DNA of 64,000 nucleotides from the IMG/VR virus record IMGVR_UViG_3300026488_000019, positions 1 to 64,000 of that record. One strand, written 5' to 3'. Both the position numbers and the translations under genes were made by a program. How positions within the stretch are numbered: position 1 is the stretch's first letter; each line of letters begins with the position of its first letter. This stretch comes from a virus. A model generated the notes under the pieces. That model searched no databases and had not been told where the DNA came from. It was given only the letters and a program-made list of their open reading frames with translations. Shown here in pieces: positions 47,186-56,300 of this stretch.

Positions 47186-49051
47186 TTAGTCAAGATAACT
47201 ACCCCAAAACAGTTGAGTTAGAGTTTGGTTTTGTTGAGAGGTATTACCTACTTCTGCTTTATGAATCCTTTGGAAAGCTAACTGTTTGATTAAATCTTTA
47301 TTAGTTACTAAATTCCAGTAAACTCCTACTACTGCATCAGCACCATCCTTACTACCTTTAGTTCCATCAGGAAACTCTTGAGGGTGGTCTATCTTCTTAC
47401 CTACATCCTCTACATGCAATAGCTCTTTAATCAGTAAGTCGTGTTTAGGTATCCAAACTCTTTCTTCATATATAGCATCTCTGAAGGAGAGGTAAGGATC
47501 TTTAGTTCTATCTACTGATAAAAGAGCTGTTTTATAACCCATCTGGGTTAACTGTTGCCTCATATCCTCAGACTGGAATCCATCAGTGGTCACCATTGCT
47601 ATTGGGTAACCTAATCTAGAAAGATCTACTATAAACTGCCTTATCTTATAGAATGGGATCCTCTCCCCTGGAAGAGGTTCTAGGTAGGCTACGAAGTCTA
47701 TAACTACTTCTGGTTCAGAAAAGGTATGCTTTTCTAAGGTTAGTGGATCAACTCTTTCTATTGTTTTGTAGCCTTTTATGTAACCTGAAGCTATACCTGT
47801 TCTGTCTCCTGTTATGGAAAGGTCTATATGGATAACTCTAGGAGACTCTTTAAAGAGTGGGTTCTTTAGGTAGTTTATGTTGAAGTAGTTAATTAAGACA
47901 TCTGATTTGTCGTTAAAGGAAAGTCTAATTATCTGTTGGTTAACAGGGTTAGTAACAGAGGCTTGTTTTATGAGTATGTTTTTAGTTTTGAATATCCTGT
48001 GGGTTGAACCTACTGAATAACCAGCTAAATCTCTTATGGCATTGTGTAAGTCTAACTCAAATTTATCCTTTAGCTCTATTGGAACATCTATTACCTTAGA
48101 CTCATCTATGTATTGTAGCTGGGATTCATCTTCTATTATGAATGGATCAGTAGTTTCATCTCCTATGAATACTTTGAAAGTTTTACCTGAGTAGATGCCT
48201 AAGTGCTTTTTAACTTCCCATATAGGGTATTGGAAGATTATTACTCCTTGCTTACCTCTTACCTTTTCTGCATGCTGGGAAACGAAATCAGTAGGAGATT
48301 TCTCTGAAGAAACTAAGCAAAGGTGTCCTGGAAGCTTACCTCCAGCTTGAGCAAATCTAGATTCCATTCTTCTTAGGAGTGCATTGTAAGACTCTTGAGC
48401 TTGGTTAGATATTACATCAAAGTTAGCTTCGTCTAGTATTCCGCCAAATACAGCCATACCAAGGGTATGAGTAAATCTTGAACCTGCTACTATACCTATG
48501 TTGTTAACAAACCTGATTTCTGATGTTTTCTTGTTCTCAGCATCTAAGTGTTCTTGGAAGAACTCTGAGTTAGCTATTAAGTTTTTGAAAGGCTCATATA
48601 AAACCTGATCAGCTAGTCCTAGTGTAGCGTTGAAGAGAGCTATTACTATTCTATCAGTAGGAATTAAGTTAAACTTTTTATGAGGGTTTTCCAATAGGAG
48701 AAGTTTGTAAAGGTCGTAAAGTGTTATAACCCTTGCTATTGAACTCTTACCAACCCCTATCGCACCTCGCAAGATGCACTCATAATAAGGAGAATAAAAT
48801 GGGTTAGGAAAGATTGTTTTTAGAGCTTCTTTCCATACTGGGTATATCTTACCTCCTAAAGAAAGGCCTAAATACTTAGGATGTTCTATAAATGTTATTA
48901 TGTCAACTGGAACTTCTTTATAACCTTCTAATTCAGCATATAGTTGGAATAAAGATTGAGGGTCATTTTGGAACTTCTCTATTAGCTTCTTTAGTATAGA
49001 CCTCTCTTTAGGAGGTAAGGTTTTTAGTTTATTGATTAGTTGGTTTAGCAT
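47186..49051 (-). CDS. terL: Terminase large subunit
   Basis: GAIGVGKS Walker A, ILDEA Walker B, IHIDLS..GD nuclease, DHP...GSKDGADA. Confidence 0.92.
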   Translation of the reverse strand: MLNQLINKLKTLPPKERSILKKLIEKFQNDPQSLFQLYAELEGYKEVPVDIITFIEHPKYLGLSLGGKIYPVWKEALKTIFPNPFYSPYYECILRGAIGVGKSSIARVITLYDLYKLLLLENPHKKFNLIPTDRIVIALFNATLGLADQVLYEPFKNLIANSEFFQEHLDAENKKTSEIRFVNNIGIVAGSRFTHTLGMAVFGGILDEANFDVISNQAQESYNALLRRMESRFAQAGGKLPGHLCLVSSEKSPTDFVSQHAEKVRGKQGVIIFQYPIWEVKKHLGIYSGKTFKVFIGDETTDPFIIEDESQLQYIDESKVIDVPIELKDKFELDLHNAIRDLAGYSVGSTHRIFKTKNILIKQASVTNPVNQQIIRLSFNDKSDVLINYFNINYLKNPLFKESPRVIHIDLSITGDRTGIASGYIKGYKTIERVDPLTLEKHTFSEPEVVIDFVAYLEPLPGERIPFYKIRQFIVDLSRLGYPIAMVTTDGFQSEDMRQQLTQMGYKTALLSVDRTKDPYLSFRDAIYEERVWIPKHDLLIKELLHVEDVGKKIDHPQEFPDGTKGSKDGADAVVGVYWNLVTNKDLIKQLAFQRIHKAEVGNTSQQNQTLTQLFWGSYLD

Positions 49052-49082
49052 TATTGAACTCTTTTTAGAGTGTTATGGATTT

Positions 49083-49159
49083 GCAAGGTAGGAGAAGGGA
49101 GGACTGGGACTCCCTTTAACCTGAGTGGCCAACTCAGGCTCTCCTACCTTGCCCCAGTC
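49083..49159 (-). ncRNA. Structured RNA element: three-way junction plus pseudoknot
   Basis: 13-bp, 6-bp and 7-bp stems plus 7-bp loop pairing, all perfect; GC-rich island in an AT-rich genome. Confidence 0.7.
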
Positions 49160-49202
49160 TGATAAATGGGTTGTAACGAATAATGTTTTGTGGTTATATT
49201 AA

Positions 49203-49682
49203 CTATACTTCCAAGTGTTCTACTACTGAACTTAGTATTTCCTTTAAGGTGTTTCTAGTTTCTTGGTTTATTTCTAGTTGCTCTAGTATAGAAGAGTCTT
49301 CTTCAGTTTCTACTACTCTTAATTCTACTGATTGGGATAGCTTGGAAAGTTCTTTTAAGATTGGTACTAAGGATTTAAGATTATTGAATACTGAATTATA
49401 GGCTTGAACTAATCCATTGTAGAACTCTACCTGTTCTATAAAGTTAGAGAAGTTAGCATTGGAAAGTAATTCATCCTCTAAGGTTTCTAATTTTTCTCCT
49501 AGTTTTATTAGACGAGACATATACTTTTTTATCATTAACCTTGTAAAAGAAGCTACTTCTAGTTTTAAAGAGTCTAAGTCTGGGTCTAATTTAAAGTCCT
49601 TAGAGTTACCTTCTAGGTAGTCTCTTAGAGAGGTTAGTTGTTTATCTAGTTCTGATTGAACCTTTATGTTAGGTTTTTTCAT
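49203..49682 (-). CDS. Putative terminase small subunit
   Basis: Helical coiled coil, upstream of terL. Confidence 0.55.
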   Translation of the reverse strand: MKKPNIKVQSELDKQLTSLRDYLEGNSKDFKLDPDLDSLKLEVASFTRLMIKKYMSRLIKLGEKLETLEDELLSNANFSNFIEQVEFYNGLVQAYNSVFNNLKSLVPILKELSKLSQSVELRVVETEEDSSILEQLEINQETRNTLKEILSSVVEHLEV

Positions 49683-49782
49683 TAGTTACCTCTTTAAGAT
49701 TAGAAAGAGAGGGTAGAGGGTTGTTTCCTCTACCCTTAACTCCCCTGGTCAGGGAGGAAGAGATGGAGGGAAGGACTTTAGA

Positions 49783-49860
49783 ATGGAGTATAAAGTAAAG
49801 AGGATGGTTCAGGTTAGTAGGTATTATTTAGCCTTAGCTAACCTAGTTAAGGCTGGTTAA
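49783..49860 (+). other. 25-codon mini-ORF whose first 42 nt duplicate the start of 61251..63485
   Basis: MEYKVKRMVQVSRY vs MEYKVKRIVQVSRY, 38/42 nt identical. Confidence 0.6.
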
Positions 49861-49882
49861 CTCTATTATAATAACCTGATAA

Positions 49883-50317
49883 TTATAATGGTACTTGATT
49901 AGGTAAATTAGAAATTAAAGTTTGGATTGGGTTGTTTATGTAGGAATAGGATTTAACTATACTTTGGATTAGATTAGCTAATGAACAGTCTTGGTCAAAC
50001 TGGTAGTTTATTTCATATTTCTCATTAAATTTGGACTCGTCTATTAATAAGGAAAACTTTAAGTCTTTAGCTTTTATATGGGTTAGAATTAGTTCTAATA
50101 AGGTAAGCATAAAGCTTCTACTTACTTTAAGTCTTAACTCTTTATCAAATTGATAGTACTTAAGAGGAATGGTTAGTATTAGTCCTGAATAAATATCATT
50201 GGCTGTAAAGTGGTATTTAGGATAGCGTAATGTAGAAGAGTAGGTTAGGTTTAGTAAGTAGGTCTTCCTTTTACCTTTCTTTAGTCTTCTTATGAAATCT
50301 CTTTCTATAATCAACAT
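49883..50317 (-). CDS. Hypothetical protein
   Basis: ORF with AAGGAG SD. Confidence 0.55.
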   Translation of the reverse strand: MLIIERDFIRRLKKGKRKTYLLNLTYSSTLRYPKYHFTANDIYSGLILTIPLKYYQFDKELRLKVSRSFMLTLLELILTHIKAKDLKFSLLIDESKFNEKYEINYQFDQDCSLANLIQSIVKSYSYINNPIQTLISNLPNQVPL

Positions 50318-50330
50318 AATTAGCTCTCCT

Positions 50331-50855
50331 TTATATGTAAACTGGAGATAAACAGTAGTTAAGGAAGAGGTCTAACCAAGTTCCTATGTAATCATTATTA
50401 ACAATGTAGAAAGGTAAGGATTCAGGTCTCTTAGGCAAGTAAAGGTTTAAGAGGTTGGAGAAGTCTGGTATTCTGTTTAGCTGAGCTGTGTTTACTATTG
50501 CTAGAGGTCGCATATTATTAGTAGCGAATACTATCATTGGGAAAGGGAATACTCCAAAATGTTCATAATACTTTTGAGAAGATACTTCTAACTGGTTAAC
50601 CCAATCCTTTAGTTCTGATGTAAAAGTTAGGAGCTGGTTGGCTGAGACTCTAGAACGCTTTTTACACTCTACTATTAAGTGAGGTCTTTTTATTGTATCA
50701 GGAGAAAATACTATATCTGAATAGTCAACTTGGTAAGTACCTGAAGATAAGGCTCTGTGGCATTCATGTTTTTTGAGATTCCAACACTCTCTAAAGATTT
50801 TAGCTACCCTCTCTTCAAACTGCTTTCCCTTGTTCTTAGACCTATTCCTACCCAT
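50331..50855 (-). CDS. Holliday junction resolvase (Hjc-like PD-(D/E)XK)
   Basis: SKNKGKQFEERVA...SG....SDI....IVECK. Confidence 0.85.
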   Translation of the reverse strand: MGRNRSKNKGKQFEERVAKIFRECWNLKKHECHRALSSGTYQVDYSDIVFSPDTIKRPHLIVECKKRSRVSANQLLTFTSELKDWVNQLEVSSQKYYEHFGVFPFPMIVFATNNMRPLAIVNTAQLNRIPDFSNLLNLYLPKRPESLPFYIVNNDYIGTWLDLFLNYCLSPVYI

Positions 50856-51027
50856 ACTTGCTTCTCCTTATTAGTTTCTTTAGAACCTTTACCAGTTTAA
50901 TTTTCTCTGAATCAGTTAGGAGTCTCCAACCTAGCCTACTATCATAGACTTGAACCTTAAAACAGTTTTGACAAAATCTGTAATACTTTGACTTAACTTT
51001 AACCTCCTCCCATTGATGATTACACAC
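50848..51027 (-). CDS. Small Zn-finger-like protein (59 aa) missing from ORF track
   Basis: GTG start, MCNHQW...FCQNC...SKYG*; fills the gap exactly. Confidence 0.55.
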   Translation of the reverse strand: MCNHQWEEVKVKSKYYRFCQNCFKVQVYDSRLGWRLLTDSEKIKLVKVLKKLIRRSKYG

Positions 51028-51038
51028 AACTCACTCCA

Positions 51039-52145
51039 CTAATCAAAGTTAATCTTGTCTATATCTTCCTCACTTACAGGTATGTGAGCATAATCAATAG
51101 CTCCAGTTTCAAAGAAAGAGGTTTTGTCTTGAGTTAAGAGTTTCTCTATATCCTCAAATGGATTTCTGTTAACATCAAATATCGGAGATATACCTAATAA
51201 GGCTAACCTTTGGTTGGTTAAAGTTTGAATGTAATCTTTTATGTTCTGTTCAGTCATTAATGGAACTTCTCCTGCTATTGAATTAGTGTAAAACTCAATA
51301 TCTGCTTCTGCACTCCTACCAAATATCTCTTTAATTTCTTCTTCGTTGTAGTAATATCCTCTATCCCTCCACTCTTTTAGAATGTAAGTGAATAGAGGAA
51401 TGTGGAGAACTTCATCCTTTCTGATCTGGGTTATCTGTTGGTTAGAACCTTGAAGAATACCTAACTTATAGGCAAATATGTGGAAAGTGTTAAATCCTGT
51501 AAAGAAGACTACTCCTTCAATAGCTAAATCGTTTATCATAGCTCTAAAGATAGCTCTTTGGAGAGTTTCTTGCCTATAAGAAAGTTGGTTTAGATTATTC
51601 TCATCTACTATTCCTCTGTTAACTAAATCATTAAGAGCCTGAAAATCCCTAGTTATAGCATAATTCCTCTTAAGGAGAGGTTCAAAATGCTTGAACTTGT
51701 AGTAAACCTCATTAATCTTCTTGTCATCTTCCCCAAACACTGATTTAAGTATATACTGGTAAGACTCTCTGTGGAGGGACTCAATAGCTGTATGCCAATA
51801 GAGAGCTGTTTTTATTTCCTCATCAGCCATTACTCTTAACAATGTTGAAGTGTTATTAGGAACTATTGAGTCTAAGAGAATTAGGAAAGATATAACATAC
51901 TCAAAGGTATCCTTTATACCTTTAGGTAAGTCTTCAAATTGTTTTTTATCCTCAGACATAGATATTTCCTCTGGTCTCCAGAGAATAGACATAGCTTGCT
52001 TAATCCACTCTATTGCATAAGAGTGTTTGTTCAAGTTGAGGTTGGCTAGTCCTGAAGATTTTTCTACCACTTCATCAGTCCAGATTAATTCACTGAAGTT
52101 GTCATTACCACTTGGATTAAACACTTGAGGAAACCTACTTACCAT
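51039..52145 (-). CDS. nrdB: Ribonucleotide reductase class I beta subunit
   Basis: WRPEEISM..D, LLDS, ESLHRESY, EGVVFFTGF, DEVLH, FFE...DY. Confidence 0.93.
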   Translation of the reverse strand: MVSRFPQVFNPSGNDNFSELIWTDEVVEKSSGLANLNLNKHSYAIEWIKQAMSILWRPEEISMSEDKKQFEDLPKGIKDTFEYVISFLILLDSIVPNNTSTLLRVMADEEIKTALYWHTAIESLHRESYQYILKSVFGEDDKKINEVYYKFKHFEPLLKRNYAITRDFQALNDLVNRGIVDENNLNQLSYRQETLQRAIFRAMINDLAIEGVVFFTGFNTFHIFAYKLGILQGSNQQITQIRKDEVLHIPLFTYILKEWRDRGYYYNEEEIKEIFGRSAEADIEFYTNSIAGEVPLMTEQNIKDYIQTLTNQRLALLGISPIFDVNRNPFEDIEKLLTQDKTSFFETGAIDYAHIPVSEEDIDKINFD

Positions 52146-52832
52146 CTTTCCTAACCTCCTTTATCCTTTTCTTAGCTATTTCACAATATTTCTCATTAAT
52201 TTCTATTCCTATCCATCTTCTATTCAGCTTTTCACAAGCTACTAAAGTAGTTCCTGAACCTATAAAAGGATCTAAAATTAAATCACCTCTATTAGAATAA
52301 AAATAAATTAAATCTTCCATTAAACCTAATGGTTTAGTTGTAGGATGATTGTATTTCTTTTTTGGAACAGTCCTGTAATTAAAACAAGCATATCCATATC
52401 TCTTTTCTTTGTTAGTTTTCGGAACAGTTTTAGCAAAAACTAATATCGGCTCAATAGAATACCAAATATTAGTATGCATTGCTCCTGCAAACTGACTTCC
52501 TGGAGGTTTATTCCAAATAAGTAATCTATGGAATATCTCTTCTTTACCTTTTAAAATGTAAGGCATCATTTTCCCTGCACAAAACCATAAAACTACAGTT
52601 TTTGTGATTTTATAACAAAGATTTATCCATCTATCTACCATATCTAAAAAATTTTCTTTATTATCCCATTCTTCTTTTTTTCTCTCACTCCATAAGGAGG
52701 ATCAGTCAAAACTAAATCTACACTCTCTTCAGGAAATTTCTTCATTATTTCTAAACAGTCCCCACAATAGAGAATACCATTCTCAGTCTCAAAATATCTG
52801 TTTTCTTTAGGAAATATGTCTTTCCAAGACAT
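52135..52832 (-). CDS. DNA N4-C/N6-A methyltransferase split by a -1 frameshift at A_AAA_AAG
   Basis: 5' part has GDCLE and TDPPY; 3' part has HPTTKP and LDPFIGSGTT; frames join at the A7 run 52675-52681; could be a pseudogene. Confidence 0.8.
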
Positions 52833-52859
52833 TAGACACCTCCTTAGTAGAGTAGTATG

Positions 52860-55800
52860 TTAATTAGCACAACTTACACACTCTTCTTTAGTTTGTTTTC
52901 CCTCTGCTTTAGCTACTATTCTAGCGTAATAAAGAGCTTTTATTTTACTCTTCCAAGCTTTATAAATAAATTGACCTAATATCCTACCTACTTCTTCTTT
53001 TGGAATAAAGCCATCTCTTATGTTAACTGGGTAATCAAAGGAAATCCCTGAGTCTATATACTTTTGGATAAACGAAACTATCTCTATTACATCGTATAAG
53101 TCCTGCTCAGTAAACTTTGAGTACTCATCATAATAGAACCAACCTTCTGTGATATATCTAGGGAATACTACATAAACTCCAGTAGACTGCTTTTCAGTCT
53201 GAATAAGGTTGAATGGAGGGGAAATGCTCGCAGTAGTTCCTGCGTAGATAGATGTAGAAGTATTAGGAGGAGCATTTAACAGCATTGTATTCCTGATACC
53301 ATATTTCTGAATATCTTCTATCAACTCATCAACTTCACCCCTATCTACATCAAATTCAACAGTAGTAGAAACTTCAAAACCTTCTCCATAAGGAATTTGA
53401 CCTAAGAATACTTCATCCCACTTGGTTTCACTATACTTATTTGCCCTACCTCTCTCTTTAGCTAAATCTACGCTAGCTCTTATAGAATAAAATGCTATCC
53501 TACCAAATATCTGCTTAAGCAAGTTGAACAACTCATCTTTGTTAACATTTCTACTAGTTAACCTGTAAGCGTATAACTTACCATTATCTATTGACTTCCT
53601 AACGAGCAAATCTGCTAGTCCCACAAAACCTATTCCTAAAGTTCTGTAATCCTGATTGTGCTTTTTAATCTCATAGATAGGATGACCTGCTATATCAAGA
53701 ATGTTGTCCATATACCTAACTACTAACCTCATCAAAGAACTTAATTTCTGATTATCCTGTAAATAACCTAGCTCATACAAAACTGGTAAATTAAGGGAAA
53801 GAAGATTGCAAGAATGTACATAACCTAAATCTTCTATCTTTTCATCAGGTTTCTTACCTTCAGGGTTTGAGTTAGAAAATGGGGAATAAGACTCAACACA
53901 ATTACCAGTCAGAACTCCATTTAAAATACCTCTATTTAATTTCGGCTCAAAAAAGCAATAACTATCAGAAACAAAACCATCAAGTTTTCTTATTGACTTA
54001 ACTCTTACAAATTGGCTTGCCTCTCTATTTGGAACTTTTCTACCTTTCAAATCTAATCTCTTAGGATTGAAACCAAGCTCAATTAACTTTGCTAAGTTAT
54101 ACGCTGAAATTAATATACGCTTTGTCTCTTTACAATAATAATCTTTATAACCACCTTTACCATCTGGCATACTACGATAACCAGCTTCACAACCATCAAC
54201 TATCTTAGATTGAATACCTAATGTATCTAACATTCTTTTTACATTTAGCAAGAATTCAAAATTAATAGAAGACAATTGGAGTGTGTAAGTATTACCATTC
54301 CTCACTACTGTACCATCACCATCAAATAATCCCTCAAGCCATCTTATCCTACTCTCAACAGTATAACTGCTATCAGGAACAAAAAACTTATCTTTCAGTA
54401 CCCCTTTCTTATAATAGACATCTATGCGATTAATTTTCTTATTACTGTATGTTCTATAATATCCACTCAAATAATCAATTAACTTTCGCTTCTTATCGTA
54501 TAAGTAAATACAATCTACACCATCATAAGCAGTACCTTCTGCTGTAAATAATCCATTTTCATATGCATACTCAAGTATTTTATAACCTTCTATAACAGGC
54601 AAATTCCATTTTTCTAAAACATCTCCTTCAGAGAGCTCAAAAGTTCTTTTAACTTTCGTTTTACTATGATAAGGTCTTGCTTTATCTCCTCTAACATACC
54701 ACCTATGATAGTCTGTTACAATAATTTTTTCACCGTTAGTAAATTCTATCTCATACCAATCACTATAATTATCCCCTGTCTTAAATATTGCTGATTTACT
54801 CCATTCTACACCATTCCAAACTTCAAGAATCTGCCCTGCCACTTTTTTTATCTCAATATAACCGTATTCTTTGGTAAGGATTCTGGTATCAGGAGCTACA
54901 CAAAGGTTCCCACACTTAATTTGCTCCTTAAAAGGAGAATACTGATTTACTGTGTCTACAAAGAAGAGATAAGGCATTCCTGATGCCAATATGTTCTTTA
55001 TCAGTTGCCTATAAATCTCCCTAGCTTTATAAACTTTACCTCTTACCTTTCCTTGCTTAACTAACTCTTCTGCTTTCATATAATTTTCTTCAAACTCCTC
55101 CCCCCAACAGTTTACCAAGTCAATACCATACTTCATCTTCAACTCATAGTGATCTATAAGTGTCCAATCTTTATTTTCTTTAACTTTTTCCATAAATAAG
55201 TCTGGAATTACTACTTGAGGATATAAAGAAAACATTTTCATACGAATTTCACCGATAGGATTACGCATAGCCATAAAGTCCAATATATCCATATGCCATA
55301 TAGGGAGGGCTACTGTCCCAGCTCCTTTGCGTTTTCCAAGCTGATCTACTGTATCTAACATATCGTCAAGTATTTTACACCACTTTAATATTGATACTGA
55401 TTTACCTTTATTTCCTTGTATATAACTTCCATTAGGCCTTATCTCTCCAAGATAAATACCTAACCCTCCTCCTCTTTTACTAATCTCTGCAACTTGCCAA
55501 AATGAATACATAATACTTTCAAGGTTATCGTGAATATCAAGGATATTACAAGATGATAAATTACCTTTAGCTCTTCTAAGGTTAGAAAGTTGAGGGGTAG
55601 CTGGAATTATTGTTCTATCAAGTAATAGCTTGTAAAACTTTTTAACATTATCTATAAATAGCTCTTTATTCTGTTTATAGTCTGGAAGAAAACCAAGAAT
55701 GGAAATCAAAAGGAGAGCTTCGGCAAAAGTTTCTATTGGTCTATTATTGTAAGTCAAAATATATGATTTTGAAAATTTTACTACCTGATAGTAAAAGTCA

Positions 55801-56300
55801 TTCCACATAAAATAAGGAAAGTTATAATTATAATCTAACTGAACCTTTTTAGCATACTCATAGAGTTCTTCAAGAATGTCATTAGAGATTTTGAGTATTC
55901 TCTCATCATAAATACCTAATTCTATATACTTTTTTAAGTGAAAAATCCAATCGTTAGCATTTTGAAAAAACCCATAATCATCAGTAAAAGTGTCATACTC
56001 CCTTTCTCTATGTAATCTTATGTCTTTTATCCAATCTAATAAATAAAACCTACCTGCTAGAATAGAATAGTCCTTAATTCTACCTTTATCTGATATTGAA
56101 AGCTTATTAGCAGTAGCTATTAAATTCTGTTGAATTTCTTTGGTAGTAATACCAGACTTAAGAGTAAAGCGAAATTCTTTCCAAAATTGCTCATCATCTA
56201 TATTTAGACCTTGCCTGCAAAAGTTATACATCTTAATAATCTTATCCATACTGAAAGGTTCTTTATGACCGTCTCTCTTTACAACTTCAATTCCTATCAT
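52860..56300 (-). CDS. nrdA: Ribonucleotide reductase class I alpha subunit with intein
   Basis: ATP cone VVKRDG, PATP, SSC, GNLC|E, CNL, PNTSTS, C-terminal CVSCAN. Confidence 0.95.
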   Translation of the reverse strand: MIGIEVVKRDGHKEPFSMDKIIKMYNFCRQGLNIDDEQFWKEFRFTLKSGITTKEIQQNLIATANKLSISDKGRIKDYSILAGRFYLLDWIKDIRLHREREYDTFTDDYGFFQNANDWIFHLKKYIELGIYDERILKISNDILEELYEYAKKVQLDYNYNFPYFMWNDFYYQVVKFSKSYILTYNNRPIETFAEALLLISILGFLPDYKQNKELFIDNVKKFYKLLLDRTIIPATPQLSNLRRAKGNLSSCNILDIHDNLESIMYSFWQVAEISKRGGGLGIYLGEIRPNGSYIQGNKGKSVSILKWCKILDDMLDTVDQLGKRKGAGTVALPIWHMDILDFMAMRNPIGEIRMKMFSLYPQVVIPDLFMEKVKENKDWTLIDHYELKMKYGIDLVNCWGEEFEENYMKAEELVKQGKVRGKVYKAREIYRQLIKNILASGMPYLFFVDTVNQYSPFKEQIKCGNLCVAPDTRILTKEYGYIEIKKVAGQILEVWNGVEWSKSAIFKTGDNYSDWYEIEFTNGEKIIVTDYHRWYVRGDKARPYHSKTKVKRTFELSEGDVLEKWNLPVIEGYKILEYAYENGLFTAEGTAYDGVDCIYLYDKKRKLIDYLSGYYRTYSNKKINRIDVYYKKGVLKDKFFVPDSSYTVESRIRWLEGLFDGDGTVVRNGNTYTLQLSSINFEFLLNVKRMLDTLGIQSKIVDGCEAGYRSMPDGKGGYKDYYCKETKRILISAYNLAKLIELGFNPKRLDLKGRKVPNREASQFVRVKSIRKLDGFVSDSYCFFEPKLNRGILNGVLTGNCVESYSPFSNSNPEGKKPDEKIEDLGYVHSCNLLSLNLPVLYELGYLQDNQKLSSLMRLVVRYMDNILDIAGHPIYEIKKHNQDYRTLGIGFVGLADLLVRKSIDNGKLYAYRLTSRNVNKDELFNLLKQIFGRIAFYSIRASVDLAKERGRANKYSETKWDEVFLGQIPYGEGFEVSTTVEFDVDRGEVDELIEDIQKYGIRNTMLLNAPPNTSTSIYAGTTASISPPFNLIQTEKQSTGVYVVFPRYITEGWFYYDEYSKFTEQDLYDVIEIVSFIQKYIDSGISFDYPVNIRDGFIPKEEVGRILGQFIYKAWKSKIKALYYARIVAKAEGKQTKEECVSCAN
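53901..54902 (-). mobile_element. Intein (334 aa) with LAGLIDADG endonuclease in NrdA
   Basis: GNL|CVAPDT...T..HRW...LEGLFDGDG...GVLTGN|CVE. Confidence 0.92.

Noticed and set aside
49083-49159. tRNA, tRNA-Sec or hammerhead/pistol ribozyme
   Set aside because: No D/T-loop consensus or CCA; CUGAnGA/GAAA core and pistol topology not satisfied
9841-49401. Short plus-strand ORFs opposite structural genes (e.g. 28403, 32848, 37992, 38712, 40447, 47077, 49183)
   Set aside because: Ser/Leu/Phe-rich antisense shadows of well-supported minus-strand genes, without SD or motifs
49783-49824. DGR template/variable repeat pair with 61251-61292 (all differences at adenines)
   Set aside because: Only 42 nt, all changes are A/G at wobble positions, target would be an N-terminus, and no reverse transcriptase is in the window
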